Program-made: the position numbers and the translations under genes
DNA from: an uncultured Chloroflexia bacterium
GTDB lineage: Bacteria > Chloroflexota > Limnocylindria > Limnocylindrales > CSP1-4
DNA: 64,000 nucleotides
Assembly: GCA_963813535.1 (NCBI GenBank)
Contig: CAWEZH010000002.1
Span: forward strand, 992,001-1,056,000
Direction of reading: 5' to 3'
Shown: positions 56,618-64,000 of the stretch, one piece after another
Layout: the number at the start of each line of letters is the position of its first letter
Position numbering within the stretch: position 1 is the stretch's first letter
The notes under the pieces: model-generated
Seen by the model: the letters and a program-made list of their open reading frames with translations, nothing else
Told to the model about the DNA's origin: nothing
The model's database searches: none

Positions 56618-57462
56618 ACGACCACGAGACCTACCTCCTGCTCGCGGCGAAGCGTCTCAACGAACGCCTCACACCAGAGGAAGAGGCCGCGCTCGAGGAG
56701 CATCTCGCTCGATGCCCGAGCTGCCGAGCCACGGCCGCCGGGATGCGGCGCGACGACATCATCCTCCGGGCCGCCTTGCAACCCGTCGGGGTATCGCCAC
56801 TCGTTCGTGAGCGAGTCCTGGCGGAGGCAGCGGGGGGCCGTCGCCTTGCTGCCGGTCGCCTCGTCCTGCTCCTCGCGGCGACAGTGGTCATCTTCGCGAT
56901 CGGCGTGCCGTTGATCGCCGGGGCGCTGCGGCCACCTGAGGCATCCGGCATACCGAGCGCCATCGCGACCGATACACCGTCGCCTTCTCTGGCTCCCTCA
57001 CCGTCGCCAGCCCCTTCCGCCTCCCCAGCATCGGCGCAGCCGTCGCCGACCGACGCCGGCTTCGTCAACGGGTCCTACACGTACAACGAACCGAACGCGC
57101 GACGTGACGCAATCAGTGCGCATTTCGAAGATGGTCGTCCGGTCGGCGCGTGGTCGCGGATCGTGCCACCGACGGGCGAGAGCGACCATTTCGGCGGCCC
57201 CATCACCTGCCTCGTGATCGCTGGCGATGACGCCTGGATGGCCGGACCTGCGACCGTTGCTACCGACGGGCGAAAGAACGCCGCAGCGTTCATCCATGTC
57301 CACGACGGCGGAAGCGACGGGAAGAACGATCGGGCCGTCCTGTGGTTGAGCAACCCAGGCCAGTCACTGACACTCCTGGAGGGCTGGTGCAGGACGCGCT
57401 ACATCCCGGTCGGGCCATTCCCGCTCAACACCGGGGACGTGGAGGTCGTGGAGAACCCGTAG
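56614..57462 (+). CDS. zinc-binding (ZAS, zf-HC2) membrane anti-sigma factor
   Basis: LEEHLARCPSC HxxxCxxC motif, TM helix, ATGA overlap with the sigma gene. Confidence 0.9.
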   Translation: MNDHETYLLLAAKRLNERLTPEEEAALEEHLARCPSCRATAAGMRRDDIILRAALQPVGVSPLVRERVLAEAAGGRRLAAGRLVLLLAATVVIFAIGVPLIAGALRPPEASGIPSAIATDTPSPSLAPSPSPAPSASPASAQPSPTDAGFVNGSYTYNEPNARRDAISAHFEDGRPVGAWSRIVPPTGESDHFGGPITCLVIAGDDAWMAGPATVATDGRKNAAAFIHVHDGGSDGKNDRAVLWLSNPGQSLTLLEGWCRTRYIPVGPFPLNTGDVEVVENP

Positions 57463-57555
57463 GGGAAACGACGCCCCGGCGTACCTGTCGGACGCCGGGG
57501 CTCCGTCCACGCTAGCGAAGGCCGTGGTGCGCGTGGTCACCGATAGACTTCGTCC

Positions 57556-57927
57556 ATGTCGACTCCGCTCGAACCCGGCAGCCTGGCCTCGGCGAACTGT
57601 TCGCCGGCCGACGCGTCGACCCCTGCGCTGGCACCCGACGAGGTCAGGCGGCTCGCCGCCGGCCTCGATGGCGGCTGGCAGGTCGGTGACGCCAGCCTGA
57701 CTCGCGAGTTCCGCTTCCCAACGTTCGCGGCCGCGTTCGGGCTCGCGACACGGATCGCGCTCCTCGCAGAGGGCCAGGGCCATCACCCGACCATGGAGAT
57801 CGCCTGGGGCCGTCTCGCCGTGACCTGGCAGACCGATGCCATCGGTGCGATCAGTGCCAACGACCTGATCATGGCTGCCAAGGTCGACCGGTTGGTCGCT
57901 CGAGGGCTTGCCCTCAAGGACGGCTGA
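57556..57927 (+). CDS. phhB: pterin-4-alpha-carbinolamine dehydratase
   Basis: LTREFRFPTF.AA, AEGQGHHP, S.NDLIMAAKVD. Confidence 0.88.
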   Translation: MSTPLEPGSLASANCSPADASTPALAPDEVRRLAAGLDGGWQVGDASLTREFRFPTFAAAFGLATRIALLAEGQGHHPTMEIAWGRLAVTWQTDAIGAISANDLIMAAKVDRLVARGLALKDG

Positions 57928-58390
57928 GCGCCTCGATCAGCCGGTCGATGAACGGGATCTGGGTGTCCTTGATGCGCGTTCGCGCTTCGTCCGGCGAGAA
58001 CCACTCGACCCGGTCGATCTCGGGGATCGTGATGTAGGTCCCGGAATTCGGTGGCCACTGGAACGGGAACGTGTTGCTCTGCGCCGTCGCCGGATCGAGA
58101 TCGCCCTCCAGGGCCCAGGCGACGACGACCTTGCCGCCCTTCTGGGTGATCTCGCCGAGATCGATCGACGCGGCATCGGGGGCCGCGTGGCCCGTCTCCT
58201 CCTCGAACTCCCGGAGCGCGACGGCCCACGGGTCTTCGCCCTCCTCGATCTCACCCTTGGGGATCGTCCACACGCCGGCGTCGCGCTTCGCCCAGATCGG
58301 CCCGCCTGGATGGGCGAGCAGCACCTCGATCCCGCCGTTCGCGGAGCGATGGAGCAGGATGCCGGCGCTTCGCCGACTCCGCTTCGCCAC
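57914..58390 (-). CDS. NUDIX hydrolase
   Basis: SAGILL, HPGGP.W, WTIPKGE...EDPWAVALREFEEETG, WPP.SG, PEIDR. Confidence 0.92.
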   Translation of the reverse strand: MAKRSRRSAGILLHRSANGGIEVLLAHPGGPIWAKRDAGVWTIPKGEIEEGEDPWAVALREFEEETGHAAPDAASIDLGEITQKGGKVVVAWALEGDLDPATAQSNTFPFQWPPNSGTYITIPEIDRVEWFSPDEARTRIKDTQIPFIDRLIEALSRP

Positions 58391-58398
58391 GGGCGCGG

Positions 58399-59934
58399 TC
58401 AGCCCTGTGCCTGGTTGTCGATCTGTGCTCGCTGCAGGCGACCACTGAAGTCGACGTAGATCGACTTCCATTCGGTGTACGTGTCGAGCGCGATGTTGCC
58501 CGCCTCGCGGTGACCGTTGCCGGTCTCCTTCCAGCCACCGAACGGCAGATGGACCTCGGCGCCGGTCGTGCCGGCGTTGACGTAGACGATGCCGGTCTCG
58601 AAGTCGCGCATCGCCCGGAACGCCGTGTTCACGTCGCTCGTGAAGATGCTCGACGAGAGGCCGTAGCGCGTCTGGTTGAGGGCCATCATCGCCTCGCCGT
58701 AATCGGCCACCGGGATGATGGACAGGACCGGTCCGAAGATCTCCTCCTGGCCGATGCGGTCCATCGGCCGGACGCCCGAGAAGATCGTCGGCTCGAAGAA
58801 GTAGCCGTTCGCGAGGTCACCGTCGCCAGCCCGCGAGCCGCCGATGATGAGCTCGCCCTCGGACCGGCCGATGTCGACGTACGACGCCACCTTGTCGACG
58901 GCCGGCGCGTTCACGAGCGGTCCGACGTCGGTCGCCGGGTCGAGGCCGTCACCGAGCTTGAGCCCCTTGGCCCGGGTCTCCAGCCGCTGCAGCAGCGGCT
59001 CGACCACAGCCCGCTCGACGATGACCCGCGACGCCGCCGTGCATCGCTGACCCGTCGTGCCGAACGCGCTCCACAGGATGCCGTCGGCGGCGAGATCGAG
59101 GTCGGCATCGCCCAGCACGACCACCCCGTTCTTCCCGCCCAGCTCCAGCGAGAGCCGCTTCAGACGCTGCCCCGCTCGGACCGAGATCGAGCGACCCGTC
59201 TGCGAGGAGCCGGTGAAGGAGATCACGCCGATGTCCGGGTTCTCGACGATCGCATCGCCGACCTCGGCGCCGGTGCCGGTCACGAGGTTGACCACCCCGG
59301 GCGGGACGCCTGCCTCGGCCATCAGCTCGACCAGCAGCGTCGCGCAGTGGGGCGTGTCGCTCGACGGCTTGAAGATCACCACGTTGCCGGTGACGAGGGC
59401 GGGCATGATCTTCCAGCACGGGATCGCCATCGGGAAGTTCCAGGGCGTGATGATCCCGGCGAAGCCGATCGGCTGTCGGATGCTCATCGCCCACTTGTCG
59501 GGCAACTCTGACGGGACCGTGTCGCCGTGCATCCGGCGCCCTTCGCCGGCCATAAGGAAGGCGATGTCGATACCTTCCTGGACGTCGCCGCGCGCCTCCT
59601 CGATGACCTTGCCCATCTCGCGGGTCATCGCCCGCGCGAGCCGTTCCTTGTGTTCCGCCATGAGCGCACCGAACGCGTAGAGGATCTCGCCTCGCTTCGG
59701 TGCGGGCGTCCGCTGCCACATCGGTCGGGCAGCCCAGGCGGCACTCACGGCCATCGCGACATCGGCCTTCGTGCCCTGCTGGAACTGGCCGATGACGTCG
59801 CGCCGATCGGCCGGGTTGCGGCTTTCGAACGTCTCGCCGCTCGTCGAGTCGCACCACTCTCCGGCGATGAAGTGGCGGAACGTCGGGGCGTCGGCGGGAC
59901 TGGTCTCCGGGGTCCGGGTGGTCGTCTCCGTCAT
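58399..59934 (-). CDS. NAD(P)-dependent aldehyde dehydrogenase
   Basis: IITPWNFP, FTGSSQTG, LELGGKN, GQRCTA, EEIFGPV, PFGGWK. Confidence 0.96.
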   Translation of the reverse strand: MTETTTRTPETSPADAPTFRHFIAGEWCDSTSGETFESRNPADRRDVIGQFQQGTKADVAMAVSAAWAARPMWQRTPAPKRGEILYAFGALMAEHKERLARAMTREMGKVIEEARGDVQEGIDIAFLMAGEGRRMHGDTVPSELPDKWAMSIRQPIGFAGIITPWNFPMAIPCWKIMPALVTGNVVIFKPSSDTPHCATLLVELMAEAGVPPGVVNLVTGTGAEVGDAIVENPDIGVISFTGSSQTGRSISVRAGQRLKRLSLELGGKNGVVVLGDADLDLAADGILWSAFGTTGQRCTAASRVIVERAVVEPLLQRLETRAKGLKLGDGLDPATDVGPLVNAPAVDKVASYVDIGRSEGELIIGGSRAGDGDLANGYFFEPTIFSGVRPMDRIGQEEIFGPVLSIIPVADYGEAMMALNQTRYGLSSSIFTSDVNTAFRAMRDFETGIVYVNAGTTGAEVHLPFGGWKETGNGHREAGNIALDTYTEWKSIYVDFSGRLQRAQIDNQAQG

Positions 59935-62231
59935 GACGGCGAGTGTACGGCGGTGGGCGCCTCGGCGAGCCCGTCAGGAGGCGTGTCGATGTCGCCCTCG
60001 ATGGTGACCTGTGGCAGCCAGCGCAGGAACCGCGGCAACCACCAGTTCCACTCCCCGAGCAGCCGCATCGTGGCCGGCAGCAGCACGCTCCGGACGATCG
60101 TCGCGTCGAGCAGCACCGCGACCGCCAGCCCGAACCCGAGTTGCTTGATGATCACCAGCTCCAGCGTCACGAACACGGCGAAGACCGTGATCATGATCGC
60201 CGCCGCGCTGGTGATCGTCCCGGCCGTGATGGCGATGCCACGCGCGACCGCCTCGTTCGAGGACAGTCCGTGATCTCGCGCCTCCTTGATCCGGGTGAGG
60301 ATGAACACGTGGTAGTCCATCGAGAGCCCGAACAGGATGGTGAAGATGAACACCGGCACGAACGCCTCGATCGGCCCGGGCTTGAATCCGAGCAGGTCGG
60401 CGCCGTATCCGTCCTGGAAGACGAGCACCAGCAGCCCGAATGCCGCGCCCGTCGAGAGCAGGTTGAGCAGGATCGCCTTGATCGGGATGACGATCGAGCG
60501 GAAGGCGACGAGCAGCAGGACGAACGACAGGGCCAGGACGAAACCGATGACCTTTGGAATGCCGTCGCTGTAGAAGTCGACGACATCGGCCGTGAACGCG
60601 GCCCGTCCGGTGACGAGCGCCTCGACACCGTCCAAGCCGCCGAACACCTCCGGCACGACGCTCTCGCGCACCTCGTGGACGATGTCGCGGTTGCGCAGGT
60701 CGTTCTGGCCACCGGCCATGACCACGGACACGAGCGCCGCCGTGCCGTCCGCGGAGGGCTGGGTATCAACGGGGCCGCTCAGGCCGTCGACCTCGAGCAG
60801 GCGTTGCTGGAGCGTCTCGATGGCCGACTGCGTCGCCGCCTCGTCCGCCCGGGTCACAACGACCTGGAGGGCCAGCGTGGAGCCTTCCGGCCACTTCGCG
60901 TCGAGGAGGTTGACGCCCTGCACGGCATCGATGGAGTCCGGGAACGAGGCGAAGTCGCTCTGGCCTAGGTGCAGCCGCAGCGCAGGGACGGCCATCGCCA
61001 ACAAGAGCGAGGCGGACGCCACGAAGGCGATGACCGGTCGGCGCATGACGGCCCGAACGACGACCGCCCACATGCCGCTGCCCTCCGGTCGGTCGCGTCC
61101 GAGGAACGGCACGCGCAGCCGATCCACCCCGTCGCCGAGGATAGCCAGGGTTGCCGGCAGGAACGTGAGCGAGCCGATGACTGCGATGAGCACGACCGAG
61201 ATCGTCCCGATGGCCATCGACTGGAAGAGGATGTCGTCGAGCAGGAACAGTCCCGCGATCGAGAAGATGACCGCCAGGCCGGAGAAGAACACGGCCCGGC
61301 CCGCGGTCGCAGACGCGACGCGGATGGCGTCTGGCTTAGCCCGCCCATGACGTCGCTCGGTGCGGTAGCGGGTGATCATGAACAATGAGTAGTCGACCGC
61401 GACCGCGAGGCCGATGAGCACGATGAGCTGGCTCGCGTACGGGCTGACGGGATCGAACACTTGGCTGTAGATGCCGAGCACGCCGAACGCGGCAAGGAGC
61501 GCCGTCACGGCCAGGACCAGCGGCACGATCGCCGCGACGGCCGCCCCGAACGCGACGAGCAGGATGAGGAACGTCAGCGGGATGGTCAGCCGCAGCGAGG
61601 CGTCGAGACCGCCGGTGACCAATTCCTGGATGTCCTCGTTGGCGAGCGATCCGTCGAGCGAGTGGATCCGAAGATCGCGATGTGCCGCCCGGGCGTCGTC
61701 GAGGAACGAGCGCATGTTCGCGAGCTTCTCGTCGACGGCGGCCCCATCGCCGGGCACCGCGGCCGCGATCCGGACCGTCGATCGGTCCGGCGAGATGAGA
61801 CCGGCCTCGGCCGGCGCGAGTCGTGGATCGACGATCTCTGCGAACGTCGGTTCGGCCGTCCCGTCGATCGTGGTCGTGTGGGCCGCCATCCGAGCGAGCA
61901 CGTCGTCCAGCGCGTCAGTCGTTGAGGGGTCGTCGATGGTTCCGGCCGCGGTGCCCACGACGAGCAGAGTCCGATGGGTGGCGTCCTCCACACCCGTCGA
62001 CCCGAACACGTCGTAGGCTCGGGCCGCCTCGTAGGTCGACTCCTCGGACGCGTCCTCATCGACCGCATCGGCGGTGCGCGTCCCGCCCATCGCCAGGCTG
62101 GCCACGAACAGGCCGATCGTCAGGACGAACCACAGACCAAACACCATCCAGCGATGGCGCGCGCTCCAGCCCGCGACCCGGACGGTCCACGGTTGCCGGG
62201 TGACGGTCCCGGCATCGATCGGTCGCGTCAT
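59931..62231 (-). CDS. MMPL/RND family transporter
   Basis: AVAVDYSLF..RYR.ER, TAGRAVFFSG, FGLSMDYHVF..RIKE, DATIVRSVLLPA. Confidence 0.95.
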   Translation of the reverse strand: MTRPIDAGTVTRQPWTVRVAGWSARHRWMVFGLWFVLTIGLFVASLAMGGTRTADAVDEDASEESTYEAARAYDVFGSTGVEDATHRTLLVVGTAAGTIDDPSTTDALDDVLARMAAHTTTIDGTAEPTFAEIVDPRLAPAEAGLISPDRSTVRIAAAVPGDGAAVDEKLANMRSFLDDARAAHRDLRIHSLDGSLANEDIQELVTGGLDASLRLTIPLTFLILLVAFGAAVAAIVPLVLAVTALLAAFGVLGIYSQVFDPVSPYASQLIVLIGLAVAVDYSLFMITRYRTERRHGRAKPDAIRVASATAGRAVFFSGLAVIFSIAGLFLLDDILFQSMAIGTISVVLIAVIGSLTFLPATLAILGDGVDRLRVPFLGRDRPEGSGMWAVVVRAVMRRPVIAFVASASLLLAMAVPALRLHLGQSDFASFPDSIDAVQGVNLLDAKWPEGSTLALQVVVTRADEAATQSAIETLQQRLLEVDGLSGPVDTQPSADGTAALVSVVMAGGQNDLRNRDIVHEVRESVVPEVFGGLDGVEALVTGRAAFTADVVDFYSDGIPKVIGFVLALSFVLLLVAFRSIVIPIKAILLNLLSTGAAFGLLVLVFQDGYGADLLGFKPGPIEAFVPVFIFTILFGLSMDYHVFILTRIKEARDHGLSSNEAVARGIAITAGTITSAAAIMITVFAVFVTLELVIIKQLGFGLAVAVLLDATIVRSVLLPATMRLLGEWNWWLPRFLRWLPQVTIEGDIDTPPDGLAEAPTAVHSPS

Positions 62232-62851
62232 GCTGCGGCCGGCGGGTCCCCGCAGGCCCAGCGCAGGCGACCGACCAGGGTCGCGGCGGCGCCAGCCGGG
62301 GCGACGTCGCCGCCGGTCAGGACGGCCACGTCGACCGGTGCGAGACCGGCCCGGTGCGCGGTGTCGGTGTCGATGTCGGGCAGGTCCAGCCGCGGGCCAT
62401 AGTTCGCGATGGCGCCGCTACCGCGGTCGGTCAGGTGGATCTCGAAGCCCGATCCTGGGAAGTCGATGTAGGCGTCGTAGTCGATGCCGTCGGCCGGTGT
62501 CGGCAGGCCGCTGACGGCTTCGACATTCGACCGCGCGGCGTCCCACCGGCACCAGGCCGTGCCCTCGATGCTGAGCGTGGTCGGCGTGTCAAGGCAAAGG
62601 CGCCATCGACCCGCGCCCTCGTCCGACGTGTCCATCTCCCCGCCGGGCTGCGGGGCGTCCTCGGCCCCCGGGTCCTGTTGGATGACGCACTCGAGATCGG
62701 CCGCGGGCTCCGGAGATGTGGCGGCACCCGATCCGGACGGCGCAGCGGAGCCGCACGCGGAGGCGAGCGCCGCGACGGCGAAGCACAGGGCCGCGGCTAC
62801 AGGACCGCGCGCGGCGCGCGAACCCGCCATCCGTCGTCTCGCGGCTGGCAT
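62228..62851 (-). CDS. hypothetical lipoprotein
   Basis: Lipobox LASAC; ATGA-coupled to MMPL. Confidence 0.65.
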   Translation of the reverse strand: MPAARRRMAGSRAARGPVAAALCFAVAALASACGSAAPSGSGAATSPEPAADLECVIQQDPGAEDAPQPGGEMDTSDEGAGRWRLCLDTPTTLSIEGTAWCRWDAARSNVEAVSGLPTPADGIDYDAYIDFPGSGFEIHLTDRGSGAIANYGPRLDLPDIDTDTAHRAGLAPVDVAVLTGGDVAPAGAAATLVGRLRWACGDPPAAA

Positions 62852-62856
62852 CCCCG

Positions 62857-64000
62857 TCAGACCCGCTCGACCGCCATGGCGACCGAGCCGCCGCCGCCCA
62901 GGCAGAGCGTGGCCAGCCCGTACCGGCCTTCCCTCCGGGCCAGCTCGTGGAGGAGCGTCGCGACGATGCGGGCGCCGCTCGCCCCGATCGGATGGCCGAG
63001 CGCGATCGCACCACCGTTGACGTTGACCTTGTCCCAGTCGAAACCGAGCTCGCGGCCGTCGGCAAGCGTCTGTGCCGCGAACGCTTCGTTGATCTCTATC
63101 AGGTCGAACGCGTCGATCGGCAGCTCGATGCGGTCGAGCAGCCGCTTCACACCTTCGACCGGGGCGAGGAATAGCCACTTCGGGGCCACCTCGGCCTGGG
63201 CATACCCGACGATGCGCGCGAGGGGCGTCAGGCCGAGTCGCTCGACCGCACGCTCGCTGGCGACGACCGTGGCGGCGGCGCCATCGGTGATGCCCGGCGC
63301 GTTGCCGGCGGTCACGGTCCCGGTCGTCGCGTCACCGCGATCCTCGCCGTCGGGCAGGGCGAACGCCGGCTTGAGTCTGGCAAGCGCCTCGGCGCTCGTG
63401 TCGCGACGCGGGTTCTCGTCCACGTCGACGACCGTCTCGCGGCCCTTGGCATCCGTGATCGTGACCGGCGCCATCTCGGCATCGAAGCGGCCCGCGTCGA
63501 TCGCCGCGATGGCCTTCTGGTGGCTGGCGAGCGCGAATGCGTCCTGGTCCTCGCGGCTCACGCTGTCCTTGATCGCGACGCGCTCGGCATGCGTGCCCAT
63601 GTGGCAGTCCTCGATCGAGCACCACAGGCCGTCTGCCACGGTCGAGTCGATGAGTTTCGCGTCGCCGAGTCGAAGGCCGAACCGGGCGCCGGGGAGGAGG
63701 TACGGCGCGCCGTTCATCGACTCCATGCCACCGGCGATCACGACCTCGGCATCACCGGCCCGGATCTCCGCTGCGGCGAGCATGATCGCCTTGAGCCCCG
63801 ACCCGCAGACGCGGTTGATGGTGGTGGCGCTGGTCGAATCGGGGAGGCCGGCATTCAGTGCCGCCTGGCGCGCCGGCGCCTGGCCAGAGCCAGCCTGGAG
63901 CACCTGACCCATGAGCACGTCGTCGACCTGGACGGTGGCCGGGTCGAGGCCGGCACGTTCGACCGCCGCACGGATGGCGACGCCACCCAGCGTCGTCGCA
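62857..64000 (-). CDS. acetyl-CoA C-acetyltransferase (thiolase), 5' end outside the window
   Basis: TINRVCGSGL, EINEAFAA, NVNGGAIALGHPIGASG, TLCLGGG. Confidence 0.96.
   Translation of the reverse strand, partial: ATTLGGVAIRAAVERAGLDPATVQVDDVLMGQVLQAGSGQAPARQAALNAGLPDSTSATTINRVCGSGLKAIMLAAAEIRAGDAEVVIAGGMESMNGAPYLLPGARFGLRLGDAKLIDSTVADGLWCSIEDCHMGTHAERVAIKDSVSREDQDAFALASHQKAIAAIDAGRFDAEMAPVTITDAKGRETVVDVDENPRRDTSAEALARLKPAFALPDGEDRGDATTGTVTAGNAPGITDGAAATVVASERAVERLGLTPLARIVGYAQAEVAPKWLFLAPVEGVKRLLDRIELPIDAFDLIEINEAFAAQTLADGRELGFDWDKVNVNGGAIALGHPIGASGARIVATLLHELARREGRYGLATLCLGGGGSVAMAVERV

Overview
This is a 64-kb window of high-GC bacterial chromosome. Gene content and style suggest a soil/freshwater Chloroflexota or Actinomycetota organism; this is inference, with no marker gene to prove it. 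The left half is an extended aerobic CO-dehydrogenase / molybdenum-hydroxylase region. It holds a coxM-coxS-coxL(partial) operon of form I type (1-1967), accessory genes coxD, coxE, xdhC/coxI and a MocA-methyltransferase fusion (9.5-17.1 kb), and a second coxS-L-M operon with the form II AYRGAGR motif (27.3-31.0 kb). Accessory material is interleaved: a transposase remnant with an immunity-like cargo gene, small cassettes flanked by short repeats, a glycogen-debranching-like gene inside coxD-coxE, a dynamin / membrane-anchored Hsp70 / dynamin module, and a speE flanked by 24-bp direct repeats. The right half is mostly housekeeping or envelope genes: rhomboid, SRAP, ECF sigma/anti-sigma pairs, an M16 peptidase pair, copC, carAB with a PyrR attenuator, a nucleoside hydrolase, a STAND-LuxR regulator, tRNA-Lys(CTT) with an adjacent integrase remnant, an aldehyde dehydrogenase, MMPL and a thiolase. 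Three single-base frameshifts in otherwise intact genes suggest long-read indel errors. The most unusual signals are the dynamin/TM-Hsp70 module, a 2x(3-palindrome) higher-order repeat upstream of the coxMSL promoter, recombination-site-like repeats at 5.7-6.6 kb and around speE, and a candidate four-way-junction RNA upstream of the CHRD gene.
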